Shown here piece after piece: positions 18,455-28,860 of a stretch of 62,025 nt of DNA (positions within the stretch are counted from its first letter, which is position 1; the number at the start of each line of letters is the position of its first letter). The translations under genes and the position numbers were made by a program. This DNA comes from a bacterium (lineage in GTDB: Bacteria > Patescibacteriota > Minisyncoccia > Phycocordibacterales > UBA2100): assembly GCA_009924895.1 (NCBI GenBank), contig RFQR01000008.1:1-62025 (forward strand). Reading direction: 5' to 3'. The notes below the pieces were generated by a model, which had not been told where the DNA came from, did no database searches, and was given only the letters and a program-made list of their open reading frames with translations.

Positions 18455-19093
18455 ATGCTTTCAGCACTTGCGTTCAATTATCTCGCACACGGTCAGTTTA
18501 TCAAGCTCATCACGCTCATTGGCTACCCCGGACTTGCGCTTATACTTTTTCTTGAGTCCGGAGTCATTGTCGGCGTCTTTCTTCCTGGTGCCTCTCTCCT
18601 TTTTACCGCCGGAATACTTGCATCTCAAGATATTTTCAACATCTGGCTATTGATGCCCATCCTTACCTGTGCAGCTATCCTTGGCGACTCAACGGGCTAT
18701 TGGACCGGCGCAAAACTCGGGCCAAAACTTTTTACAAAACCGCAGTCACTGTTTTTCAAGCCCTCACATGTCGCAAAAGCCCACGCCTTTTATGAAGAAT
18801 ACGGGCCAGAAACCATCATTCTTGCCCGCTTTATCCCCGTTGTGCGCACATTTGCGCCGATGATTGCGGGTGTTGCACAGATGCCGTATGGATTGTTCTT
18901 GCGCTACAACATAATCGGTGCAGTGCTCTTTTCCTGCGGAGTTACCGGCGCAGGGTATCTTATCGGAGAACATGTGCCATGGATCGGCGAACATCTTACT
19001 CTTGTTTTGATTCTTATTGTGGTTGCATCCTGCGCACCGCTCGTAATCCACTTGCGCAATCATCACGATCACGACCACAAACCACAAGCATAA
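18455..19093 (+). CDS. DedA family membrane protein
   Basis: FLESG..FLPGASLLFTAG, AILGDSTGYWTG, ARFIPVVRTFAP. Confidence 0.92.
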   Translation: MLSALAFNYLAHGQFIKLITLIGYPGLALILFLESGVIVGVFLPGASLLFTAGILASQDIFNIWLLMPILTCAAILGDSTGYWTGAKLGPKLFTKPQSLFFKPSHVAKAHAFYEEYGPETIILARFIPVVRTFAPMIAGVAQMPYGLFLRYNIIGAVLFSCGVTGAGYLIGEHVPWIGEHLTLVLILIVVASCAPLVIHLRNHHDHDHKPQA

Positions 19094-19155
19094 GTTTATT
19101 CACAGTTTTGTTTTTATACTGTTAAAACCGCTCAATAATGACGTATAATCACTGC

Positions 19156-19512
19156 ATGTTTACTGCTCTTACAAACCATGCGATAGACAAACGTCCCTGG
19201 GGCGACTTCGAGCGCTTCACTCTCAATGAAAAAACTACCGTAAAAATAATTACTGTTCTTCCCCACCAAAAACTGAGTTTGCAAACACATCAAAACCGCG
19301 ATGAATTTTGGCGGATTATTTCAGGTTCTGGTTCCGTGGTGATTGGCGATAAAACAAAGTCTGCAAAAGCGGGTGATAGTTTTTTTATTGAACGGGGGCA
19401 AAAGCACCGCGCGCTAGGAGGAGTGGAGACGATGCAGTTTCTTGAAATCGCGTTTGGAGAATTTGACGAAAACGACATTGTGCGCCTCGAAGACACGTAC
19501 GGTCGTTCATAA
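19156..19512 (+). CDS. Type II mannose-6-phosphate isomerase-like cupin (stand-alone ManC C-terminal domain)
   Basis: RPWGDF, LSLQTHQNRDEFW, KHR, EIAFG.FDENDIVRLEDTYGR. Confidence 0.88.
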   Translation: MFTALTNHAIDKRPWGDFERFTLNEKTTVKIITVLPHQKLSLQTHQNRDEFWRIISGSGSVVIGDKTKSAKAGDSFFIERGQKHRALGGVETMQFLEIAFGEFDENDIVRLEDTYGRS

Positions 19513-19517
19513 GCAAT

Positions 19518-20696
19518 ATGGCGATGCAGCTGGAAACATTTATCTACGGTGCCATTGCCCTTGGTTTTGGCTATGTGGTCCTGCTCGTTCTGCTGCAACA
19601 CGCATTTCCCAAACTCGGGGAAAAGCTGCCGGGCTCAAAATTATTAAAACGCAAACGCATACCAGCACTCGAGCTCGCTCGCATCAAAGCAAACCCGCTC
19701 CTAACTCCTACGCCAGGAAGTTTTTGGGAGTCTGAAGCCGTCTTTAACCCTGCTGCAATTTTCGCTGGCGGCCGCGTGCACCTTCTTTATCGTGCGATGG
19801 GAGGTGATGGTATTTCACGCATTGGCTACGCATCGAGCAAAGACGGGATTCATTTTGATGAACGTGTTTCCTATCCTGTTTTTGGCGTCCTCTCTTCGCA
19901 CATTCCGAAAGGTCCACGACAGTTCGCGCCCGAACTCTATGAATCAGGTGGCGGCTGGGGCGGTGCTGAGGATCCGCGAGCCGTTATTATTGACGATCGT
20001 GTTTTTCTTTCATTCCAAGCTTTTGCAGGATGGCATTCTATCCGTATTGGCGTTGTTTCAATGCCACTCAATCAGTTTTTGCAGAAACGTTTTCTGTGGG
20101 CAAACCACGCTTTCCTTTCTGCACCGAACAAAGTCAATAAAAATTGGGTAATTTTCCCCGAAAAAATAAATGGGAAGTATGCAGTCTTTCATGGAATAAA
20201 GAGTGGCGATCGCTCAACTGCATTAGTTGATTACGTAGATTCTCTCACTGAGGATCCAAAAGACTACATACAAAGCGATGCGCGCTTCCGCAACGAAAAA
20301 CATGACGATGCGTGGGACACTATTATTCGCGGCGCCGGGCCGCCGCCACTGCGCACAAAATATGGCTGGCTTGTGCTCTATCATGCAACTGACAAAGACG
20401 ATTCTAATCGCTACAAACTTGGTGCGCTTCTTCTAGATCTTGAAAACCCCCGCAAGATTTTAAATCGCGCCATGACTCCGCTTCTTGAGCCAAATGCGTG
20501 GTACGAAAACGAATGGAAAGTAGGTGTCATTTATGCGTGCGGCGCTGTGATAAAAGATGGAACGCTTTTTGTATATTACGGCGGCGGTGACAAGACCATT
20601 AACGTAGCCCACGTAAAACTCGACACCTTCCTCGAGGCCTTGGTGCAAAACCACAGCAGCGAGTTTACAAACGAGAAAGCACAGGTGATACAATAG
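19518..20696 (+). CDS. GH130-like glycoside phosphorylase with N-terminal TM
   Basis: VFNPAA, LLYRA, EDPR, NKNW, WLVLYH, YYGGGD. Confidence 0.85.
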   Translation: MAMQLETFIYGAIALGFGYVVLLVLLQHAFPKLGEKLPGSKLLKRKRIPALELARIKANPLLTPTPGSFWESEAVFNPAAIFAGGRVHLLYRAMGGDGISRIGYASSKDGIHFDERVSYPVFGVLSSHIPKGPRQFAPELYESGGGWGGAEDPRAVIIDDRVFLSFQAFAGWHSIRIGVVSMPLNQFLQKRFLWANHAFLSAPNKVNKNWVIFPEKINGKYAVFHGIKSGDRSTALVDYVDSLTEDPKDYIQSDARFRNEKHDDAWDTIIRGAGPPPLRTKYGWLVLYHATDKDDSNRYKLGALLLDLENPRKILNRAMTPLLEPNAWYENEWKVGVIYACGAVIKDGTLFVYYGGGDKTINVAHVKLDTFLEALVQNHSSEFTNEKAQVIQ

Positions 20697-20700
20697 CACC

Positions 20701-22611
20701 ATGTACATCGTGCGAAGAAGCGTGCATAACCCCATCCTTTCGCCTGCAATTGAGCACGCGTGGGAGATGGTCGCGTTCAATCCGTGTCCGATTCGAAAAG
20801 ACGGCGAGCTGCACTTGGTGTATCGTGCTCAAAGCAGACCCGATCCGCTCCTCAACAACATTGGCATCTCTACCGTCGCCATCACCCGCAATACTGATGC
20901 TGGTTTCTCTCCTTCCGAACAATTCGTAGCACCATCTGAAGAATGGGATCGATATGGATGCGAAGACCCGCGCGCAGTGTACTTTGAAGGAAAGTACTAC
21001 ATTTTTTATACCGCTCTTGGCGGCATACCATTCAGCAAGGACAACATTAAGGTGGCCTGCGCAGTAAGCAACGACCTTGCTAGTATTACTGAGAAGCACC
21101 TGGTTACCCCGTTCAACGCAAAAGCAATGTCACTTTTCCCTGAACGGGTCAATGGAAAAATTGCTGTTTTGTTTTCATACCACACCGACGACCCGCCCTC
21201 TCGCATGGCAATTGCTCTTTTTGACTCCATTGAAGACCTATGGAATCACGACAAGTGGAGAGAATGGGAACAATCCGGTGGCAAATCTATTTCTGCAAAA
21301 CGCCGCGATGAGGACCATACCGAAGTAGGCGCACCGCCTCTCAAAACAGATGCAGGATGGCTCATTCTGTACTCGTATATGCGCAACTACTACAGCGGCG
21401 GCACACGATCATTTGGCATCGAGGCGCTTCTTCTTGACCTCAACGACCCGACAAAAGTACTAGGGCGAACAGATAATCCGATTCTGATACCCGAAGAGGC
21501 ATATGAACTTTTTGGCATGGTGCCCGATGTCGTATTTCCTACGGGAGCAGAAATTCGCGCCGACACCCTCGACATTTATTATGGAGCAGCTGACACTGTC
21601 TGCGCAAAAGCGTCGCTCCATCTCCCCCATTTACTTGCAGCGATGAAGCCCGGTTCTCGCAATCGGCTCCTTACGCGCGCACACGAAAATCCTATTTTAT
21701 CGCCCAACAAAGAACATGAGTGGGAATCAAGGCTTGTCTTTAATCCCGGCGCTATAAAAATTGGCGAGAGTTTCTTTTTACTCTACCGCGCCATGTCGAG
21801 CGACAACACCTCGGTCATCGGACTTGCCGAAAGCACCGACGGCATTCACTTCAGGCGAGATACCGAGCCATGCTATGTGCCCCGTGCTGATTTCGAATTA
21901 AAAAAAGGTTCCCCAACGGGAAATTCAGGCTGCGAAGACGCTCGCGTAAGCGAAATCGAGGGTCGCATCTACATTACCTACACCGCGTACAATGGCGTAC
22001 AGGCGCCCCAAGTCGCTGTTTCTTCTATTACAATTGATGACTTTGTATCAAAAGAATGGTCGCGCTGGAGTATGCCAGTTCTTGCAACTCCTAATGGTGT
22101 TGACGAAAAAGATGCATGTATTGTGCCTAAAAAATTTGGGAGCGACTATCTTTTCATGCATCGTATTAGTGGGCGAATCTGCGCCGACCGAATCCCCGAC
22201 CTTTCGTTTTCACATCCTGTCAATCGCTGCTTCGATATCATGAGTGCACGGCGAGGCACCTGGGAGAGCGAAAAAGTAGGTATCGCCGGTGTGCCAATTG
22301 AGACAAAAAAGGGTTGGCTTATGATCTACCACGCAGTTTCGGTCTCTAAAGAATACGCACTCGGTATTGCCCTCCTCGACAAAGACGATCCAACAACCGT
22401 GCTCGCACGCGCCGTCGAGCCTGTTATGGTTGCTGAAACCGGCTACGAAAAAAATGGGGAGATACCGAATGTCGTATTCTGCAACGGGTCTATCGTCGAT
22501 GGAGATTCTCTCTACGTGTATTACGGAGGTGCGGATTCTGTTATTGGAGTTGCCACCACTTCTCTCTCAAGACTACTTGAAATTTTGAGTCCTCCACTGC
22601 ATACTAGATAA
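20701..22611 (+). CDS. Tandem double-domain GH130-like protein
   Basis: Two copies of NPILSP..FNP..YRA..ED(P/A)R..YYG(A/G)AD. Confidence 0.85.
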   Translation: MYIVRRSVHNPILSPAIEHAWEMVAFNPCPIRKDGELHLVYRAQSRPDPLLNNIGISTVAITRNTDAGFSPSEQFVAPSEEWDRYGCEDPRAVYFEGKYYIFYTALGGIPFSKDNIKVACAVSNDLASITEKHLVTPFNAKAMSLFPERVNGKIAVLFSYHTDDPPSRMAIALFDSIEDLWNHDKWREWEQSGGKSISAKRRDEDHTEVGAPPLKTDAGWLILYSYMRNYYSGGTRSFGIEALLLDLNDPTKVLGRTDNPILIPEEAYELFGMVPDVVFPTGAEIRADTLDIYYGAADTVCAKASLHLPHLLAAMKPGSRNRLLTRAHENPILSPNKEHEWESRLVFNPGAIKIGESFFLLYRAMSSDNTSVIGLAESTDGIHFRRDTEPCYVPRADFELKKGSPTGNSGCEDARVSEIEGRIYITYTAYNGVQAPQVAVSSITIDDFVSKEWSRWSMPVLATPNGVDEKDACIVPKKFGSDYLFMHRISGRICADRIPDLSFSHPVNRCFDIMSARRGTWESEKVGIAGVPIETKKGWLMIYHAVSVSKEYALGIALLDKDDPTTVLARAVEPVMVAETGYEKNGEIPNVVFCNGSIVDGDSLYVYYGGADSVIGVATTSLSRLLEILSPPLHTR

Positions 22612-23376
22612 ATGAACTGTCCTCGCGCTGTCATTTTTGATCTCGACGGAACGCTCGCTTGGAGTAAGCAAGCGGTGACGCCTGAAATGGGAGAACATCT
22701 AGCGCATCTTTTACATCATACGAAAGCCGCTGTGATGTCCGGCGGCAGTTATACACAATTCCAAAAGCAGCTCCTGCCTGCGTTTCCTCCACACACGGTT
22801 ATGGAAAACTTCTTTTTGTTTCCAACAAATGCCGCGCAGTGTTGGCAGTATGAAAGCGGCGAGTGGGTACTGCGATACGATACTTCTTTTTCAAAAGAAG
22901 AAAGCGCGCACGTTATGTCTGTGTTACTTCAAGCGCTCAAAGAAACCGGGATGGATACTCCTTCCTACCGATTGTGGGGCGAGCGTATCGAGGATAGGGG
23001 TCCGCAGATTACTTTTTCAGGACTGGGACAAGAAGCTCCTCTTGAAGAAAAAAAGAAATGGGATCCTGATTTTACACTACGTACCCCGCTTGCGGCACTA
23101 CTACGCGAGCGTTTGCCCGAATTTGCAATCGGTGTTAACGCCACCACCTCTATCGACATTACCCGCAAAGGCATCACCAAGGCCTACGGTGTACAAGAAT
23201 TTGCAAAGATCCTTGATTGCGAACCGGCAAACATGCTCTACATTGGTGACGCGCTTTTTCTCGGCGGCAATGATTCTGTCGTCATCCCAACCGGCGTGCA
23301 AACTTTTTCTGTAGAAAACCCTCACCAAACCGCTCAAAAAATTGAAGAGATTATCGCTCAATGCAGTGTAGTTTGA
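22612..23376 (+). CDS. HAD-IIB, eukaryote-type phosphomannomutase-like
   Basis: FDLDGTL, IEDRG.QITFS.LG, TTSIDI, KAYG, GDALFLGGND. Confidence 0.85.
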   Translation: MNCPRAVIFDLDGTLAWSKQAVTPEMGEHLAHLLHHTKAAVMSGGSYTQFQKQLLPAFPPHTVMENFFLFPTNAAQCWQYESGEWVLRYDTSFSKEESAHVMSVLLQALKETGMDTPSYRLWGERIEDRGPQITFSGLGQEAPLEEKKKWDPDFTLRTPLAALLRERLPEFAIGVNATTSIDITRKGITKAYGVQEFAKILDCEPANMLYIGDALFLGGNDSVVIPTGVQTFSVENPHQTAQKIEEIIAQCSVV

Positions 23377-23400
23377 CAATATTTTTATTTACTGTATAAT
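23373..23400 (+). promoter_or_regulatory. Consensus sigma70 promoter
   Basis: TTGACA-N16-TATAAT. Confidence 0.75.
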
Positions 23401-23448
23401 GTATGTTGCCGTACCTAAGTGCGGCGAACACAGACGTGGAGAGATGAA

Positions 23449-23727
23449 ATGAAGATCGCCATTGTTGCCATCGTTGCCCTGACCAGCATGTGCGGGTCTG
23501 CGCTTTCCAAGACCACCGAATGCAGCGCCTTGAAAGCAGTGTTCGTCTCTGACCTCAAGTCGGTCAAGACAACAACGGACCCGCGGTGGACACAGTTGCA
23601 CCGGGATTACCGCTGCTCCCTTCTCCCACAGTGCGGGACCAACGTAGGTAGGTCCGCACTCACCGAAGGTAAGGCGACAGAAGAGCAGTTCAAGCTGTTC
23701 GTGAACGTCGGTGCGAAATGCTCTTGA
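23449..23727 (+). CDS. Small secreted Cys-containing hypothetical protein
   Basis: GGAG SD, signal peptide MKIAIVAIVAL, own promoter and terminator. Confidence 0.65.
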   Translation: MKIAIVAIVALTSMCGSALSKTTECSALKAVFVSDLKSVKTTTDPRWTQLHRDYRCSLLPQCGTNVGRSALTEGKATEEQFKLFVNVGAKCS

Positions 23728-23734
23728 CGACTAG

Positions 23735-23768
23735 CCTGCCAGCGCTCGCGCTGGCAGGAATCTTTTTT
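23735..23768 (+). terminator. Intrinsic terminator
   Basis: cctgccagcg-ctcg-cgctggcagg followed by a T-run. Confidence 0.8.
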
Positions 23769-23853
23769 GCTGAAAGCTCAATTCGTGAAATGCACAAAAA
23801 AACTGAGAGGGCCTTGTTTTTTTACTTTGACGATACAATGCTATGCTGTTCGT

Positions 23854-24381
23854 ATGAACATTGAGCCTTGGGTAAAAGAAGAAGTTCAGACATTTGTAAA
23901 TCGACACACACTTGCCACGGTTTCGACCATAATACCAGAAGGTTTGCCTGATGCCGCAGCTGTGTTTGTATGGATTGGTGACGCCTTTTGTTTTCAGTTC
24001 GCTACGCGCCTTGAAACTCACAAAGCAAGCAATGTTCTTACAAACCAAAACGTGATGCTCACTATTACCGACAGAAATACTCTTGAGATCCTTCAGGTGT
24101 GGGGCACTGCCGACTTCATGACACACCCGAACGAAGTCCAAGATGCCCTGCTTTCATTTCAACGGGTCGTTGCAAAATCAAAGCGATCATGGATGTCCCC
24201 TGCTGGCAAGATAATGGGTGGCACAATAACCGAAGACACATCTCGCTGGCTTCCACCTGCCGCGCAAATACCAGGAAAGGGGTGCGGTTTTGTTACGATA
24301 ACGCCAACACATATACGTTTCCGAAGATACGAGTCTGAACATGCTGGAGCCGGAGACTTCGTTGAATATACCGCAGAATAA
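23854..24381 (+). CDS. Pyridoxamine 5'-phosphate oxidase-like FMN-binding split-barrel protein
   Basis: ATVST..G.PDAAAV, FATRLETHKASNV..NQNV, LQVWGTA. Confidence 0.7.
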   Translation: MNIEPWVKEEVQTFVNRHTLATVSTIIPEGLPDAAAVFVWIGDAFCFQFATRLETHKASNVLTNQNVMLTITDRNTLEILQVWGTADFMTHPNEVQDALLSFQRVVAKSKRSWMSPAGKIMGGTITEDTSRWLPPAAQIPGKGCGFVTITPTHIRFRRYESEHAGAGDFVEYTAE

Positions 24382-24385
24382 TGCC

Positions 24386-25159
24386 ATGAGCATCCCTGAA
24401 CATATTCATGGTGTCCACTGTGTCATCTTTGACCTTGACGACACCTTGGCGCATAGTTTCTCGCCGCCTGATCCGCAGCTCATTTTTGAATTCGAGTTAC
24501 TTCTAGAAAAAATACCACTCGCAATTTTGACCGGTGCTGGTTTTGACCGAGTGCGAGAGCATTTTCTTTCTGCGGTTTCGCCGAAGGCGCGATTATCGCA
24601 CTTGTACATTCTTCCTGACTCATCTGCTCAAGCCTATACACACAAAGAGTCGGTATGGACACTCCTGTATAACCACGCATTCACTGAAAAGAGACGCACC
24701 GAAATTGTTGCTATCGTTGAGGCCCATCTGCGCGATCACGGCTGGGACGAGTGGCCTCTGTCAGGAGAGCGCCTCATCGTGCGAGAAGCCCAAATCACGA
24801 TTGCCGCTCTCGGTGTACAGGCCCCACGCGAGCTAAAAGCTGCATGGGACCCGGAGAGAAAAAAGCGGGCCTCACTGCGCTCTGCGCTGGCCCAGGCACT
24901 ACCTGATTGCACGGTGACCGTCGGCGGGTTAACCGCAATCGACATTTCACCAGAAGGTGTCGATAAATCACATGGTGTGCTCTGGCTCGCAAGGCACTTA
25001 TCGTGTACACCAAGGGATATGTTTTTTGTCGGAGATTCGTTCCACGAAGGAGGAAATGACATGCAAGTTATCCCAACAGGAATACAATGGCACCAAGTGG
25101 CCGGACCGAGTGAGACACTTGCGCTGTTGCGCGCTCTCAACACATCGATTACACGTTGA
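24386..25159 (+). CDS. Second HAD-IIB phosphomannomutase-like protein
   Basis: FDLDDTL, QITIAALG, WDP, GGLTAIDI, GDSFHEGGND. Confidence 0.82.
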   Translation: MSIPEHIHGVHCVIFDLDDTLAHSFSPPDPQLIFEFELLLEKIPLAILTGAGFDRVREHFLSAVSPKARLSHLYILPDSSAQAYTHKESVWTLLYNHAFTEKRRTEIVAIVEAHLRDHGWDEWPLSGERLIVREAQITIAALGVQAPRELKAAWDPERKKRASLRSALAQALPDCTVTVGGLTAIDISPEGVDKSHGVLWLARHLSCTPRDMFFVGDSFHEGGNDMQVIPTGIQWHQVAGPSETLALLRALNTSITR

Positions 25160-25226
25160 CTTGACTCAATTATGATTACGGTACACAGTGAACGCAGTTG
25201 ATACCCTTCAACCAGAGGAGGTGCTC

Positions 25227-25568
25227 ATGGGTGTCGTGATTGAAGCTGATAGGCGTTTTGGAGTTTCCTCCGAAACACTAGAAGTCCTCGCTCGTCGCGC
25301 AGGCGTATGCGACGATAACGAGTTTCCCCAAGCTGATTTTCATAAAATTCACAAGGCTTGGAACAACGGAGAGCCGTTCGAGGTGGAAGATGTGATGCGT
25401 CGGTGGGTAACCGCTCGCTCCCTACTCCATCTTGTCCCCGATTCAACACGAGTTGAACGCTGGTTCAAACGATGCCAAGAGCATATTAGTCACTGCTCAC
25501 GAGCAAAATACTCCCCTATTTCAGTTAGTGCGACGCTTTGGGCACTTGTTAAGAGTCTCGACGACTGA
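25227..25568 (+). CDS. Hypothetical protein
   Basis: Strong SD GAGGAGG before ATG 25227; fills the intergenic gap. Confidence 0.55.
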   Translation: MGVVIEADRRFGVSSETLEVLARRAGVCDDNEFPQADFHKIHKAWNNGEPFEVEDVMRRWVTARSLLHLVPDSTRVERWFKRCQEHISHCSRAKYSPISVSATLWALVKSLDD

Positions 25569-25622
25569 AGGATATAAACAGTGCTGCTCGCGAGGGTGGC
25601 ACTTGTTTGTTATACTTACGAA

Positions 25623-27266
25623 ATGAATTTCTTTGATTCGTGCGCACAAGAGAGCATTGACTGCTCCACTGATGAGGCACTCTTGAAACAGTATAGTCGG
25701 GATACAAGTATTTTTGTACGAACTCCACGTGGAGTTATTTTTCCAAAAAACAAGGCGGAAGTGAGCCGCCTGATAACATTAGCGCACGAGGCACGCGCGC
25801 GCGGAGAATTGGTGTCACTCACCGGATGGAGCGCCGGTACCGACATGACTGGGGGGCCACTCACTGATTCCTATGTGCTCTCGTTTACAAAATACATGAA
25901 TCACGTATCAGCGCGTGGCGAAACTGCAGAGGTTGAGCCGGGCTGCTATTACCGCGACTTTGAAAAGGCAACGCTTCAGAGTGGCAATTATATTCTCCCG
26001 TCATACCCAGCATCTCGAGAGCTGTGCGCTCTCGGCGGGATTATTTCGAATGACTCAGGGGGTGAACTTACGCTCCAGTATGGTAAAACACATGATTACA
26101 TAAACGAATTGGAAGTGGTCCTCTCTGACGGCAGTGAGGCGCGGTTTGGGCCGCTTTCCCGTTCAGAACTTGCTCAGAAGCAAAAACTGCAAACCCTTGA
26201 AGGAGACATTTACCGAAAGATGTATACGCTTGTTACGCAGAACGCAGCAACTATTGCATTAAACACCCCGACAGTTTCAAAAAATTCTGCCGGGTATGCA
26301 CTATGGCGAATTCACGATAGGGCGCGAGATACTTTTGATCTTGCACAATTGATAGTCGGTTCGCAAGGAACTTTGGCGATGGTAACTAACGCGCACCTGC
26401 GCCTTATTCAGCTCAAAAAGCATCGCTGCATGATGGTTGTGTTTATGAAGAATCTCGACACGCTCCCCGAGGTCGTAAAGCGAGTTCTCTCACAGAGCCC
26501 CGAGTCATTCGAATCCTACGATGATCACACGTTTTCACTTGCTGTGCAGTTTTTGCCGCAGATGATTGGTCAGATGGGTTTCTGGGGTGCGTCTAAGCTC
26601 GGGATTTCATTTCTGCCCGAAGTGTGGACCGTTCTTACGGGCGGCGTTCCCAAACTGGTGCTTATGGCAGAATTTGCCGAAGAGAGCGCGGAGGAAGCGC
26701 GCAGTAAAGCAAAGACAGCAATTGCGCTTTTGCGCGACCTGCCAGTTCGCTCTCGCCTCGCAGGCGATGAGGCTCACTCGCAAAAATACTGGAAAATACG
26801 CCGTGAGAGCTTTGCACTTCTTCGAAAAAATCTGAAAGGTATGTACGCAACACCGTTTATTGATGACTTTGTTGTTCACCCCGAAGATTACCCCTCATTT
26901 CTCCCAAAATTAAATGCAATCCTGCAAGAGTATCAACTCACCTACACTATTGCGGGGCACGTTGGCGATGGAAATTTTCATATTATCCCTCTCATGGACC
27001 TCTCCGATCCCAAAGTACGACGCACCATAGTTGAACTATCGCCAAAAGTATATGAACTGGTCGCGCAGTATCACGGCTCAATAACCGGCGAGCACAATGA
27101 TGGAATTATTCGCACTCCCTATCTTCCCACCATGTTTGCTCCCGATATGATTCGCTTGTTTGAAGAGACAAAGCGCATATTTGATCCACATAATCTCTTT
27201 AATCCCGGAAAAAAAGTTGCTGGCGCGCTCGCGGACATTGAACGGTTCATGGTGCGATCAGTGTGA
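25623..27266 (+). CDS. FAD-linked oxidoreductase (GlcD/D-lactate dehydrogenase family)
   Basis: AGTDMTGG, GSQGTL, GHVGDGNFH, TGEHNDG, FDPHNLFNPGK. Confidence 0.9.
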   Translation: MNFFDSCAQESIDCSTDEALLKQYSRDTSIFVRTPRGVIFPKNKAEVSRLITLAHEARARGELVSLTGWSAGTDMTGGPLTDSYVLSFTKYMNHVSARGETAEVEPGCYYRDFEKATLQSGNYILPSYPASRELCALGGIISNDSGGELTLQYGKTHDYINELEVVLSDGSEARFGPLSRSELAQKQKLQTLEGDIYRKMYTLVTQNAATIALNTPTVSKNSAGYALWRIHDRARDTFDLAQLIVGSQGTLAMVTNAHLRLIQLKKHRCMMVVFMKNLDTLPEVVKRVLSQSPESFESYDDHTFSLAVQFLPQMIGQMGFWGASKLGISFLPEVWTVLTGGVPKLVLMAEFAEESAEEARSKAKTAIALLRDLPVRSRLAGDEAHSQKYWKIRRESFALLRKNLKGMYATPFIDDFVVHPEDYPSFLPKLNAILQEYQLTYTIAGHVGDGNFHIIPLMDLSDPKVRRTIVELSPKVYELVAQYHGSITGEHNDGIIRTPYLPTMFAPDMIRLFEETKRIFDPHNLFNPGKKVAGALADIERFMVRSV

Positions 27267-27287
27267 AGCATCTCGGACGTATCGTCT

Positions 27288-28289
27288 GTGTGCCTCGGAG
27301 TTCCCCTTTTAGCACACACCCACGAAGTCTATGTGCTTGAAAAAGCGAATATACTTGCGGCTCTCTCGGCACCGTCGCCAAATCCTTTTTGGGCAATACA
27401 AGGAAATGAGTCGCTGTTTGCTACGTGGGGATTCATATCGTTTGTCGTGATTGCAACCGTATGCGCTGCAACCTTTTTTCGCCTTTTTGAACGACAACTG
27501 GACCCCGCTCTTTTTCGACTGAAAAAGTATACGCTTCCGGTGTCTCGCATAACAGTAGGACTCTGCTTCGTCGCATTTGCTTTTTCCGGAAATCTGTATG
27601 GAAGCGAGCTTTTTCTTTCGGAGGCATTTGCAGACCGGGCGCCGGTGTTGCAGGTACTACTTGGGCTCATGGGCGTATGCGCAATTCTTGGCTTTAATGT
27701 TCGACTCCTCGGAGTCGCGATGACAGCACTCTATGGTATCGCGCTGCTTCTCTACGGAGAGTACATTCTTACGTATACTGATTATTTCGGTGTCGCGCTA
27801 CTTCTTATGCTCGCCGGTTCTGGTCAGTATGCAATCGACTCAGAACTTCCCGCGTATAAAATCCCTGTTCTTGATTCGATATTTCGATCTCTCCAACCGT
27901 ATGCCTTTGCGCTCCTGCGCATCTGTTTTGGGTGGGGTGTTCTGTACGCGTCAGTATATGCAAAGTTTATACACAGTAACCTTGCACTCAAGGTCGTGAA
28001 CCAATACCAGCTCACCCGCTTTTTTCCGTTTGAACCATTGTTCGTGGTGTTGGGAGCACTCATCATTGAGTTTATCTGTGGGCTTATGATTATCGCTGGG
28101 GTGGCGCTGCGCTGGACACTGCTCTTTCTTTTCTTTTGGCTTACACTCTCCCTTCTCTATTTCCAGGAACTCATATGGCCTCACGGTATACTCTTTGGTC
28201 TCGCTATCGCGCTGTTTTTGCACGGGTATGATCGCTACTCTCTCGAGGGCTTCCTGTTAAAAAAGCGATTACGCGAATCAGTCTTATAA
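27288..28289 (+). CDS. DoxX-like polytopic membrane protein (start uncertain)
   Basis: Two duplicated halves each ending G..(Q/R)Y(A/S)(I/L)(D/E); many TM segments. Confidence 0.65.
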   Translation: MCLGVPLLAHTHEVYVLEKANILAALSAPSPNPFWAIQGNESLFATWGFISFVVIATVCAATFFRLFERQLDPALFRLKKYTLPVSRITVGLCFVAFAFSGNLYGSELFLSEAFADRAPVLQVLLGLMGVCAILGFNVRLLGVAMTALYGIALLLYGEYILTYTDYFGVALLLMLAGSGQYAIDSELPAYKIPVLDSIFRSLQPYAFALLRICFGWGVLYASVYAKFIHSNLALKVVNQYQLTRFFPFEPLFVVLGALIIEFICGLMIIAGVALRWTLLFLFFWLTLSLLYFQELIWPHGILFGLAIALFLHGYDRYSLEGFLLKKRLRESVL

Positions 28290-28315
28290 TCGAACTGCAG
28301 CGCGTGCCTGCCGGA

Positions 28316-28858
28316 TTATTCACTTTCTCGAGCGCGAACGCACAGCATAACAACGATAAGGTACGCAAACACCGTTGCTGCCATAAGAGGAAACGTGATG
28401 TATCCAAACTCGAAAATGATCCGCTGAGCACAGTCTCCCTGCCCCGAAGCAGGACACGGGACTACCTTACTCACACCCATCTGGAGCGCATGGTGATAAA
28501 GCGCAATGACGAGGCCTAAGACGGAAAGCGCAAGTGGGTACAGTGCTGCGCTCGCATCCTTTCGCAAGAGTGCTATACCGGTTATAACCACCTGCGGATA
28601 CAAAAAGATTCGCTCAAACCAGCAGAGGCCGCACGGTATAAAACCAAGGACTTCCGAATAATACAGCGTAAGCGCGGAGGCAACGAACGATACCGCAAAC
28701 GCTTTCCGCACTCCCCACGATCCGATGAGCAGTACCAAAACGAGGCACGCTGGCACTCTGTTTCGCAGCGTATACGCGCCAAGGAGAAGGAGCGTGCCAC
28801 ACTGCATAAGCACCGCCCCGAGCGCTAGCCACCAGTTGAGCGTCTGCACCCATTCCAT
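28316..28858 (-). CDS. Disulfide bond formation protein, DsbB/BdbC family
   Basis: PCGLCWFERIFLYP, second Cys pair, FGYITFP. Confidence 0.88.
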   Translation of the reverse strand: MEWVQTLNWWLALGAVLMQCGTLLLLGAYTLRNRVPACLVLVLLIGSWGVRKAFAVSFVASALTLYYSEVLGFIPCGLCWFERIFLYPQVVITGIALLRKDASAALYPLALSVLGLVIALYHHALQMGVSKVVPCPASGQGDCAQRIIFEFGYITFPLMAATVFAYLIVVMLCVRARESE

Positions 28859-28860
28859 AC

